Shown one piece after another: positions 1-11,514 of a stretch of 64,000 nucleotides of DNA. This DNA is from Albugo candida (taxonomy: Eukaryota). Within the stretch, counting starts at the first letter, position 1, and every line of letters begins with the position of its first letter. The translations under genes and the position numbers were made by a program. The stretch is taken from the NCBI GenBank assembly GCA_040437565.1, contig JBDOQK010000006.1, forward strand, positions 248,001-312,000. Direction: 5' to 3'. Under the pieces are notes generated by a model. That model had not been told where the DNA came from. It worked only from the letters and a program-made list of their open reading frames with translations, and did no database searches.

Positions 1-338
1 TTCGATTTCTTTTTCTTTTTCTTCGATAAAGGAGGTCGAATACTCTGTTCAGCGCCCGTTTTGTCGATGTCGCGGCGCACTTGATTGTTTGTAGGATGAA
101 GCACTGAATGATCAGCACGATTTACTGTGTCAGTGTTGACTGCTGCTTCATCAGTGGAGCTGCAAGGACCATAATCAATAAGCTCCTCGATCTCGAAGAC
201 GCAGCCATCCTCAAATCCTTCGAGCTTGATATCTGACAGATCCAATTTCTTCCATTGTTGCAACTCCGGCTTGCAATTCTTTCTCTTCCTACGTTTCTTG
301 GCCGGGATACTGCAGGAATCCGTGGTGGAAGTTGTCAT
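1..338 (-). CDS. DDX24: 5' part of a DEAD-box RNA helicase of the DDX24/Mak5 family (runs off window start)
   Basis: Not in the ORF track. Manual translation from ATG 338 gives MTTSTTDSCSIPAKKRRKRK...QQWKKLDLSDIKLEGFEDGCVFEIEELIDY...KKKKKK, open to base 1. The WK...EELxDY segment resembles the DDX24/Mak5 N-terminal motif. The helicase core is outside the window. Confidence 0.6.
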   Translation of the reverse strand, partial: MTTSTTDSCSIPAKKRRKRKNCKPELQQWKKLDLSDIKLEGFEDGCVFEIEELIDYGPCSSTDEAAVNTDTVNRADHSVLHPTNNQVRRDIDKTGAEQSIRPPLSKKKKKKS

Positions 339-553
339 GACAACTCGAGCGGATCACCAGTGGAATTCCGCCAATGATAGAGCTTAAATCAGCTCCAGAA
401 CCAATCCGATTGCACGAAACAAATATGTGGAGAATCTACCGCCCCATTCGAAGCACTGGTCGACGTAATGGATGCCGATGCGCTCCTGTGACAAGCTTTC
501 AAGCACCAGAGCAGTCAGCTATAGCTAGAAATGAAGTCGTGCATCTCTACAGT

Positions 554-3351
554 ATGTCTTCAGTCTCGCATCGATGCTGCGCTGCAGCAAGAAAGCCATC
601 CGACCCAACCACAAACCAAAGCCGGCTTCATTCAAAACCATTCCTTCAGCATTTTTCAACATTTACTTCGCGATTTTATGAATTGCAAGACGCAAAACAC
701 GAAATTCCAAATTTTTTACAACGAAAATTGCTTCAATTTCGTGATTCCGCTTCTCATTTTATCATTCGAACGTGTCCATTTTGCCACGAAACTCATGGAA
801 AAGCAGACAACTTATTCAAATTGTATGTGGACAAATTAAAAGGTGTTTTTAAGTGTCATCGCTGCGGTCAGGCCGGTAGCTGGCTGGACTTTAAAAGGCG
901 ATGTCAGTCACCAAATCAAGCTCAATCTGCTTCTTTCTCCATTCATCAGAGCCAAGAAATTGTATCGGGGTCGGCTACTACTTCGCAGAATGCGTTTGGT
1001 GTGTCTACAAACTTGAGCGTTCGTGCCCTGGAGGGTACCAAAGCCATTGCGATCCAAGACAATCTCTGGAAAGACGAATCGTTTGGTGACGTATTACGAT
1101 ATTTGACTGAACAACGGCTCATTCTTCCAGAAACTCTCATCAAGTATGGCGTTGGAGCGATAGAGCAGACATTTCGCTCAGAGAGCAGCACTGAAGCACA
1201 AGGATACCAATGCATCACATTTCCATGGATGGCTCGAACATCCGATCTGAAAGAAATGGGTGTAGAGATGANNNNNNNNNNNNNNNNNNNNNNNNNNNNN
1301 NNNNNNNNNNNNNNNNNNNNNNNNNNNNNNNNNNNNNNNNNNNNNNNNNNNNNNNNNNNNNNNNNNNNNNNTTATTCAAATTGTATGTGGACAAATTAAA
1401 AGGTGTTTTTAAGTGTCATCGCTGCGGTCAGGCCGGTAGCTGGCTGGACTTTAAAAGGCGATGTCAGTCACCAAATCAAGCTCAATCTGCTTCTTTCTCC
1501 ATTCATCAGAGCCAAGAAATTGTATCGGGGTCGGCTACTACTTCGCAGAATGCGTTTGGTGTGTCTACAAACTTGAGCGTTCGTGCCCTGGAGGGTACCA
1601 AAGCCATTGCGATCCAAGACAATCTCTGGAAAGACGAATCGTTTGGTGACGTATTACGATATTTGACTGAACAACGGCTCATTCTTCCAGAAACTCTCAT
1701 CAAGTATGGCGTTGGAGCGATAGAGCAGACATTTCGCTCAGAGAGCAGCACTGAAGCACAAGGATACCAATGCATCACATTTCCATGGATGGCTCGAACA
1801 TCCGATCTGAAAGAAATGGGTGTAGAGATGACCGAAGAATCATCTGATAATAATGACCACAATGCGTATCATATTGTTCGATTGAAAGCACGAGCCTTGA
1901 AAGACAAATCCAAGCAACGTTTGATTCCGAAAGGAGGTAGTTGGGGTTTATTTGGATGGAATACTGTTCCTATAGACGCAGATGAAATTGTACTCACTGA
2001 AGGCGAGTTTGACGCGATGACCGTGTATCAAGCTACGGGTAAACCAGCTGTATCGCTTCCAAACGGGTGTCAATCTCTTCCACCTTCCATTCTTCCACTC
2101 TTGGAAAGATTCAAGAAGATTTACTTGTGGATGGACAATGACGCACAAGGCCAAGCGAATGTTTCAAAATTCACCAATAAACTCGGTCAATCGCGATGTC
2201 ATATTGTCCGAATGACACCAGCTTCCGGTTCTGAAAATTGCAATATAAAAGATGCAAATGAAGCCTATCGGAAAAAAATCGATCTGGCAAAATTGCTCAC
2301 AGAAGCAGAACGAATCCCTCACGCACAAATTGCAACTTTCGAACATTTACGTCAGCAAGTTTTTGAAGAGATACTCAATCCCATCCGCTTGCGTGGGGTA
2401 CAATCACGCTCTCTTCCTTCACTGAATCGGCTTCTCAAAGGCCATCGACTAGGAGAGGTCACCATACTCACCGGCCCCACAGGATGTGGTAAAACAACGC
2501 TATTAAGCCAGCTATCGCTGGACCTTTGTGGCCAAGGCGTAAGTACGCTGTGGGGCTCCTTTGAGATTCAAAATACGCGTCTCATTCATAAGATGATGAC
2601 ACAGCTTGCTGGTAAGAGCCTCCAAGGTGATCCTGCAACATTCGAGTACGCGGCGGATTCATTTGAAGAACTTCCAATGTATTTTTTGCGGTTTTTCGGA
2701 ACAACTGATGTGGACGAGCTGATGGATGCGGTTGAATACGCAGTGTACGCGTACGATGTGCAACACATTCTGCTGGATAATGTTCAATTCATGATGGCCG
2801 GACAAGGACGCGGCTTTGATAAATTTGAGCGTCAGGATGCGGCACTCGATAAATTCCGACGATTTGCTACTCAGAAGAACGTTCATTTAACTCTGGTGAT
2901 TCATCCTAGAAAAGAAGAAGAAGGCCAAGATCTCAGTCTGTCGTCAGTATTTGGAACGGCAAAGGCGACACAGGAGGCAGATAACGTGCTCATACTCCAA
3001 CGAATTCGAGGAAAATCGAGATTAGATGTCCGTAAGAATCGATTCGATGGCGCATTGGGCTCTATTCCCCTTCAGTATGACTCTGAATCAGGCTGCTTGA
3101 AAGAATGGAACGACTCACCCATGGATGAGGAGCTCGGGGCAATTGAATTAGAAGCGCAGCAATCGCTTCGGCAAAATAAGATAAACCGACAATCGGCTTG
3201 CAAAGATGATCACAGTATGGACCATTTACTTGTGACTGCACCGATGGACCAAGAAATGATGGAGGCCAAAGTAGCCACCCAGCCAGCCTACCGTCGACCC
3301 AACGGTCAAGCCGAGCCATTTGCTCGATTCACACCGATCATAGCTGGATAG
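554..3351 (+). CDS. TWNK: Mitochondrial Twinkle primase-helicase (T7 gp4-like), about 745 aa after collapsing the gap duplication
   Basis: Zn-binding CPFC...CHRC; TOPRIM motifs TEGEFD, WMDND and KDANE; SF4 helicase Walker A GPTGCGKT; ILLDN; VIHPRKE; KNRF. Start assumed at MSSVSHRCC (554), which has an Arg/Ser-rich transit-like N-terminus. Confidence 0.93.
812..1831. repeat. Gap-flanking direct duplication 812-1271 = 1372-1831 (assembly overlap)
   Basis: 460 bp repeated either side of a 100-N gap. Confidence 0.95.
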
Positions 3352-3464
3352 GCAGTGTCGTGATGCTGGATGTAATGTGAAATTGCGAGTGATATCACCA
3401 GACTCGCAGTATCGTTCACGACGCTAATCGCTGATACATTTAACGAGAAAAATAGACTAAATTG

Positions 3465-3626
3465 CTGTACTTTTATTGGTAGGAATGTAAGAGAGNNNNN
3501 NNNNNNNNNNNNNNNNNNNNNNNNNNNNNNNNNNNNNNNNNNNNNNNNNNNNNNNNNNNNNNNNNNNNNNNNNNNNNNNNNNNNNNNNNNNNNNNCTGTA
3601 CTTTTATTGGTAGGAATGTAAGAGAG
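3465..3626. repeat. Gap-flanking duplication 3465-3495 = 3596-3626
   Basis: 31 bp repeated either side of a 100-N gap. Confidence 0.9.
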
Positions 3627-3646
3627 ATTCTATAGAATTTCGCGTC

Positions 3647-5906
3647 ATGAATTGGGTCAGCAGTACACTCCAACTTGCAGAGGATTTACTCGAGTCAGTG
3701 GACCAACAGGCTGCAATCACATTACTCAAAGGTGCGTTTATATTCTGTCGCTGGAATTATCTGATTCTCTGGTCAGACGCAGAAGCCGATAAAGTCGATG
3801 CAAATGCACAGCAATTGACGGCCGTTGAAAGCGATATCGCTGGGTCGCGGATCGAGCGAGCGAGTAGCGGTACAGAGGACGACGAATGGAGAGAATTTGA
3901 CAAGGATGAAGCTTCTGTGCTAATGGAGGAGACAAACGATAAGAAAACAGCGTCAGAATCGCTTAGTCGGAAAAACACAACTGATTTGACTGCCGACAAG
4001 CGAAGACTTTTGGGTGATTCCCAATGCGACTTTGAGCAGACTCGTCTTCGTAAAGATATATCGAATTTGAAGCAGGAATGCAGCAGAAGAGATAAATTAC
4101 TGCGAAGTACACAGCAAAACGCAAAAAGCCTCGAGAAAGAATTGGAAGAGTTGGAGAAAGAATGTGCCAAGAAATTAAAGCAATTGCAATTAGAGGTATT
4201 GTTCACACATGCGCACATTTATAATAAGGGATTCACATTGTGACAACGATCAGCTTTCGAAAACGAGAACCAAACACAAATCGGAAAAAGAANNNNNNNN
4301 NNNNNNNNNNNNNNNNNNNNNNNNNNNNNNNNNNNNNNNNNNNNNNNNNNNNNNNNNNNNNNNNNNNNNNNNNNNNNNNNNNNNNNNNNNNNCAAGCGAA
4401 GACTTTTGGGTGATTCCCAATGCGACTTTGAGCAGACTCGTCTTCGTAAAGATATATCAAATTTGAAGCAGGAATGCAGCAGAAGAGATAAATTACTGCG
4501 AAGTACACAGCAAAACGCAAAAAGCCTCGAGAAAGAATTGGAAGAGTTGGAGAAAGAATGTGCCAAGAAATTAAAGCAATTGCAATTAGAGGTATTGTTC
4601 ACACATGCGCACATTTATAATAAGGGATTCACATTGTGACAACGATCAGCTTTCGAAAACGAGAACCAAACACAAATCGGAAAAAGAACAGCTCAAAGAG
4701 CTTTTGGCGACAAAAGACGCTGTTGCTCGGTCGTTGCGTGCAGAATTGGATCAAGCGCTTTGTACGGTCGACAAACATCACAGTGAGCTGCTACAACTGC
4801 GTCAACAGCTTCAAGAAGCACATAAAGCGAATGAAAGCGTCACAACAAAAGCCTTGAGCACATCAGACGAATCAGAACAGCTGATTGCGAGTTTGAAAAA
4901 TGAGGTCCAGGAAACGCTTTCTTCCATGAACACGCTCAAGCGGGAATTTGCCGAGTCAAAAGTTGCAATGTATGCGTCTCAGCTTCAGTTGGAAAATACC
5001 AATGAAGAATTAGCTGCAGAGGTTGCTCGTTTGCAGCGGGAACGATTGGGAGACAAAATTTGTTTGACAAAATCGCAAAGCTTTTCTATCGGCCATAGCG
5101 ACGGAAATGATATCGGGACAGAAAACTTTGGCGACGTCGTAGCGATAAAAAAAGCTCTGCATGACGAATTGCGTCGGAACGAGATGCATCAACAGGAAAT
5201 TGCAAGTCTGAATACGATGATCGCAAAGTGCAAGTCCGAGACCGAAAAGATGAAGGCGAATGCTTCTCATCAACAGGACGTGTTCCAGCAAGAAATACGA
5301 CAGCTTCAGGATAAAATCCGACATTTAGTGAATTCGCAGCAGGAAAAGAATCAACTTGTCAATCATACAATTGATCCAGCCTCAGACTCGCGGATTCAAA
5401 CGCTGACAAATCGCATCCTCGATAAACAAGAGACTATTGATAGTCTACGGAGCAAATTAATCACACTACAAGCGCGTTTGACCGATGCACAATATCGCGA
5501 GCAATTGGCCGAAGAGAAACTTGATCGAAATAAGCAAAATGAGTCAGCAGAAGACATTGAAACAGGTGGTCATCGACAATCTCGATTTGCACCAAAGCGA
5601 TCGTCCTGGTATGTCGACAAGTACGCTCCCGGTCAAAATCACTTGGCTCAAGCACTGCTCATATCGTCTCCCGCTATGCGACGATACAAACCGCTCGTTT
5701 CCGTTCTGAACGCTATGGATCAATGTTTTTTATTCTTCGGACGTCGATTTCTGCGCCACCCATTTACTCGCATTGGAATGATGGCTTACTTTATCCTGTT
5801 GCATGTGTGGGTATTTGTAATATTGAGCTTCCACACAAATCATTTAAACGAAGAACTACAAGCAGAAAGTCGTCTGAAAGCAGTTGCTGGAACCGATGCT
5901 ACTTGA
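3647..5906 (+). CDS. GOLGA5: Golgin-84 (GOLGA5)-like tail-anchored coiled-coil protein, spliced
   Basis: N-terminus MNWVSSTLQLAEDLLESVDQQAA, long coiled coil, and C-terminal FLRHPFTRIGMMAYFILLHVWVFVIL transmembrane segment with the conserved Y..LH. Short GT-AG introns, e.g. 3732-3776. Confidence 0.8.
3997..4688. repeat. Gap-flanking duplication 3997-4292 = 4393-4688, one mismatch seen
   Basis: 296 bp repeated; G4063 versus A4459. Confidence 0.95.
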
Positions 5907-5956
5907 CGGATGTCTCACGTTATCGCTCAGTTCGTCCAAAAGGATGACACAAGCGC

Positions 5957-8178
5957 TCAAAAGGCCATAAAGTTGACGGCACCTTGTTTTTTTAGTCGTG
6001 CCAATACAGGATTTGCTTCTTGATCGTTTATTTGTAACTTTTGCTTCTCTTGTAGTTGTTGATGTCGATCCCGTATGGAAGGTGGTCGTGTTTTCTTCCG
6101 TATCGAGTCAAGTTGAATGCAACCGGGTTGTTGGTCGACTTTTGGTGAAAGACTTTCACGCATCGAGCTGCTTGAATTCTCTGAAATACATCGCTTCTCA
6201 TCGAAATCACGCTGCAGATTCTCCCTTGAAGAGTGAAATGACTTAGAAAATGGCTTGATGCGTGTGGGGCTGTTGCTACTGCCAGTGTCCTGACCGGGGG
6301 CATACATTTGAATCCCGGGCTGTCTTTCATCGTCCGTATCCTCACTAGAAGAGCTGAAGAGATAGCTTCGTCTGCTGTCTGGTACCATCGTTGATTTGTT
6401 ACTATTACTCGCCCTGCCTTCTTCCTGCTGAGACTCCTCACCAAAAGACAAAGGCTCTAGCCCATGCTTTCGGTTTCGAGATCGAGCTTCGTCAATGGGT
6501 TCGAGTCGAGCTTCTTCAGCAGCATACGAGTCATCAAGCAAAGTTTGTTTCGGCACATGTGCAAACATCGTTTTTCGTCGATGCGTACTTTGACTTGATG
6601 GCAAAACGCCCGGCCGCATCCATTTCTCTGATTTAGGACGATCTTTTGCCACTACTTTACCCGATATTTTTCTTTCCTGATCACGAGGGTGACTTGATTG
6701 ATACGCTCGTTTTCGTATGGATTCTCGAGCTTGTAGTAATTTCTCTCGCTTTTCTTCGTCAGGTAGCAATTTTGCCATTTCCAGTATTATTTCAAAGCAA
6801 TTCTCTGCACCCAAGAGTCCATGCAAATACGCAGCCATTTCGCTCGCTTGTATTTTACCACGCCCAAACTCGCGAGTGGTATGATGGAACTCCTCGATCC
6901 GACCCTTTTGATTCGCGCGAACGAGTTGGACGATTTCCGCCTGGATTTTCTCCCTGCATTCCAAGTTTTCCTCATAAAGTACGTTTTCATATCTTCCTAA
7001 AGGTTGAATGCGGGAATCTGGACTGGAGACTATGGGCCACGCACATGTCTGAGTATCCGCTTGGGGTACGTCGTTCTCATCAGATGCAATCGCCACTCGA
7101 GCATCTTGTTGATCCATTGTCAACACTCTGTCGGGAGATTTCAATTCGTCTTTCACCGTCGACAAAAGCTTTTCTTGATTCGCGAGGTCGTCGACTTGGT
7201 CGAAAAAAATATCAAAATTGAGAGATTGCTTCAGTATTTCGGCAATTTGGGGATCCGCGCATACAATCGAAAGCGCTGTCAGCTGAATAACGCATTCGTG
7301 AACATGAATTTTTTCTCGAAATCACGGCAAGTTCAATACCTGGTCAAAGTAGAGTCCCATCTGCTGTTCCTTCAGTTCCTGCAGAAATCTCTTTCGAAGA
7401 CCTCGAAAGAATATAACATCTCGTCGTCGTTCTCTTGGGAAAACAAGGTGTTTCATAGAGGATTGTAGCATGGATTGCAGTGTTCTACACGAGAAGTCAG
7501 ATACAAACGTATCGAATGGTACCTTCCCTTACCGATGCAACGTCTGAAGCTCCGATTGTGATTTCCACACTGTCCACTCATGTTGTATCCACACCGATTT
7601 TTCCCTTGATAGAAACTTATTATCTTCCGCCTTATGTGACCAAAGAAAATCGCACGAAAGCTCAAACTCCTATTGTTACGTAATTTGCGTATGAGGTAGC
7701 AAGCACATATGGACAGGTTATACGTACAATTTGATCCGATTGCTCGTCTCTCAAGCTGCTGGTTACTCGTATTTTCATTTGTATGAGCTTTTTGTGAATT
7801 GGAAGTTTGATGCGATAGTCATCCGTTATGGCGCTGTAAATCGCATAAAACCAGGCGTCCAGGGTCGTGGTGTCTGTACTTTTCAATATGAATTTCTATG
7901 CAGTCTCTGATGTCAATACTCTCATAGTAATAGGAGATTCGTACCCTTGCGGAGGTCGTGTCGGGTCGCTTTGCCTCGTGAATAACCAAACCGTCGGTGA
8001 CTTGCTCCAGTTGTGCTTGCTTCAGACTCACACGACCCAGCAATTGTTTCATTCGTTGATCTTCGGAAGAAGCATATAGCAATTGCTTATCAGCGTGTCG
8101 AAGCTCAAGAAATACTCGATTCTGTAGATCTCCGCGTTGCAAAATAACGATTCCTCGCATCTGCTTTACAACTTTCAT
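5957..8178 (-). CDS. Five-exon 669-aa protein: PH-like domain, PX-like domain, ZNF598/Hel2-like helical domain, low-complexity tail
   Basis: Exons 8178-7945, 7895-7728, 7669-7533, 7484-7340 and 7282-5957 splice in frame over GT-AG introns of 49, 58, 48 and 57 nt. PH-like: LLGRVSL...KFILKSTDTTTLDAWFYAI. PX-like: WTVWKSQSELQTLHRTLQ..LVFPR..RKRFLQELKEQQMGLYFDQL. Confidence 0.75.
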
Positions 8179-9048
8179 CTCTGATTTCTGATTGTAATTC
8201 TGTCAGAACAATCAGACGTTTGTACAGCGCATTGGATTGGGCAGACTGATAGCCAGTTGGCATCCCTTTTACTGAATTTGTTTGACATCACTTTTATTGC
8301 AAACGTGATTGCTGCTCGTATTTTTATAGATTTTCGATTTGGTGTGACTGCGTCTGAATGATAAGACTTTTGCACGATTTTGCTTAATCGCGAGGTGATT
8401 CTGCATTATCGACTGATTGTAATGAGAAGCAAACATCGAGTAGCGCATCAGAGTCCTCCAATTCGATGCTTTTGGCAGTATCATAACATTAAGTTCTTAT
8501 ATAGTTTCTTAGTGTACAGCGGCATTGATCTCAACTTTTTCTATTTGTTAGAGCAGTCATGTGATTGATTGACTCATTTTATAGGATTAAGCGTGTACGT
8601 GTTGCCCACAAACGCTCAACAACGGATAGAAAATGATCGAGTCATTCGACACGCATTGTGATACATTTGAATGTATGCGCTCTACAGGATGCCGATACAA
8701 GTGACATTCGTATGCACGAACGGCGATGTGAGAAGATGTCGTGTCACCTCATTCATACCGCAGTTTACAGTCTAAAAGTCTCACTCTATCAATAAAAAAT
8801 CTTTTTTGCAAAAGCATGACAATTTAAACAGTACATTGCCGCGAATCCGCTCAATTACTGCAGCTACATTGTGGAGCACCAAGCGCTAAAAACTAAATAT
8901 AAACCCAACGTCATTTTTGCAGCTTTCAATTGAGTTGCAAAAAATATTAATATCTCGTCCGTTACGTCTGCATCTTTCTCTAGTATCCAGAAAAGGATCA
9001 CGATGGGCTCTATGTGGCTTATTCTATCTCAAACCTGACCGGTAACGC

Positions 9049-10511
9049 ATGGTATCCGTGAGCGAAGAAGAGGTCTCTGGTGCATGGAAGCAGGTTCATT
9101 CGATCGGGAATGCACTTGTAGCCCCGATGACACCAATACCGCCACTTTTGCAGTCAAAACAGTCAATCCGAGCGAAATTGCATATGATACAAGCTTACCT
9201 GAACGCTTTAGAGTATAATTACACCGGAACGCTTTATTTCGACACAAACAAGAACAGAAGCTTTAAAAGCATTGTGGGTACGGCGAAAGTGATGATTAAT
9301 GACGCACTTCCAATTCAGTGCCTGGAGGCAGTATTTCTCGCATCGTATCTCACAGCTCCATTGTTAAAAGTCGATCGATTTCCCGTCAGCTTCACTTCGG
9401 TCACTGGAGAAAAGTCGAAACACCGTCACATTGTCCTTGCTGTTAGGTATTATGAGAATCAAAATGCAAACTGGGGAGCGCTTGGCCTCAGTCGATCGGA
9501 TCAACTTATGTATAAAGAAGCCAATTTCAGCACATTGAGCGACTTGTTGAACGACTATAAGAATTCGTTTGAGAACGTATACCATCAACTCATCAAAATG
9601 TCGATCGGGCTTCCATTGAGTCATGATATCCATTCGGCTGAAAAGGTTCAATGGCGCGTACGTCTTTTTAGCCTTACGACGAGCATCAGATCTCACTATC
9701 GTTTGTAGATGCTAAATGTGCACTTGGATAAAACAAATTGGAAGCAGGTCGCTCGCCAAATTGATTTGTTTGCACGTGATGCAGTCAATCTGGTTGGGTA
9801 CAAAAAAGCTCAAGGATCCTTTCCCGAGTCTTTTGCCTGCAAATATTCTCTTCATGTTCCCGATCAGGTACAAATGATTAGCAGGAAGTCGTCTCCTACT
9901 AGCAAGGAATGCATGCATGGTGTCGACATACAAGAATGGAAGCAATCTGGGCTTTCACAGTCCAACCTTGATCCGAAGGATTCCGTAGAGGACACGCCAA
10001 TCGTCATTACTCCGACACAGCTAAAATTCAAGTGTAATGCAAAAGTATGTGCTCAAAGGTATCCATGATGCGTGACTGACTCACTTTGACAAAAGGAATC
10101 AGAAGAACTATCAACTTGTGAAGTATTCCTTGTGAACAAGACAAGCCATCCATACTTTATCCAAGTGAACACAAACTGCTCTCACTTGTGCATTGTCAAT
10201 AACCAAGAAACGAATCCAGAAAATACTTGCGCGACTCGCATACGAATCTCACCGGTACATTTTCTTATCGAATTCTTCCTCGCTTCAGCGCCTAATGATA
10301 ATCTGCACAGAACGGAATGACTGTCATTGCCATTCGATTACAGGCAAATATAAACGACGCTTTAGAATCGATACAAAGATCTTTTGGTGAGCGTTCAATC
10401 AGTTTTCAATGTATGAGAAATAATTCACAACATGCTGAAACTACCGCTGAGTCTATCGTACTTCCAAACGCCGATGTGGTCACACAATATCTTCATTACA
10501 CAATCGCCTAA
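9049..10511 (+). CDS. VASH: Vasohibin (tubulin detyrosinase) with C-terminal Ig-like extension, 4 exons, about 434 aa
   Basis: LEYNYTGTLYF, ALPIQCLEAVFL (catalytic Cys), RFPVSF, HRHIVL (His), WGALGLSR..LMYK. Exons 9049-9657, 9709-10044, 10096-10254 and 10311-10511 are in frame. Confidence 0.9.
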
Positions 10512-10535
10512 TTCGTCTCGAATTCGTCTAAATCA

Positions 10536-11124
10536 TCACTCTTCTGAAACATGTTCGACTACTTTTTCAATCAAAACAGCGAACAACGCAAACCCAATTG
10601 CACTTTTGATTGTGTGGCGTAACATTACTATGGCAAAACGCTTCAGAGTAGTCAAAGATTGCAGCAATTACTCACCTGTTCCAGGAGCCTTCCGCTGGTT
10701 AAAAGCACCTAAAATCATTCCTGTTGTTCCACCGGCGACCAAGGTGGTGTATATATCGTCTGAAGCTCGCTCCCGCGCAACAAGACACTCCGTACTGGCG
10801 TAAAGAGCTCCAACCATTGCGAATTCCTCCAAGTTGAATTGTATCAGAAATTAGTAGTAGTTGGCGATAATGTACCTTTGCAAAGTAAACGCTTCGGAGG
10901 TACCCTGATCGGATTGATTGCCTAAATCCATTGAGTAGTTGTTGACGCATTGTCTTTCCGACCAATTCTCCATGAGCACCTTCAAAAGTTCCCAGAAATG
11001 TGCCCAGACCTACTCCCATACCCGCACCAGCAACAGAGGTCAGCATGGCTTTCTTCCAGCAAGATTCACGCGCGTCGTGCAGGAATGCATCGATCTGTTG
11101 TCGCCATTGAGACGCATTTGTCAT
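10536..11124 (-). CDS. TIM22: Tim17/Tim22/Tim23-family mitochondrial inner-membrane translocase (Tim22-like), 3 exons
   Basis: [22 protein letters not shown]...[28 protein letters not shown]...[12 protein letters not shown]. Contains the ESC and EC cysteines typical of Tim22. Confidence 0.8.
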
Positions 11125-11136
11125 AATGCAACTTTG

Positions 11137-11514
11137 CTATCGTCATGTTATCATATCATCATAACGGCTATTAACCAAACTTCTCGATAAGTAACTGCAT
11201 GCAATTGGCAATGACGCCGCCAGTCGAAAGCACGCGTCTGTATGTTCGAAATTTACCTGTGTATGTCGACAATGCNNNNNNNNNNNNNNNNNNNNNNNNN
11301 NNNNNNNNNNNNNNNNNNNNNNNNNNNNNNNNNNNNNNNNNNNNNNNNNNNNNNNNNNNNNNNNNNNNNNNNNNNCTATCGTCATGTTATCATATCATCA
11401 TAACGGCTATTAACCAAACTTCTCGATAAGTAACTGCATGCAATTGGCAATGACGCCGCCAGTCGAAAGCACGCGTCTGTATGTTCGAAATTTACCTGTG
11501 TATGTCGACAATGC
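11137..11514. repeat. Gap-flanking duplication 11137-11275 = 11376-11514
   Basis: 139 bp repeated either side of a 100-N gap. Confidence 0.95.

Noticed and set aside
374-1399. Apparent separate zinc-finger/primase ORF upstream of Twinkle
   Set aside because: It is the 5' end of the same gene, split by the 812-1271 overlap duplication
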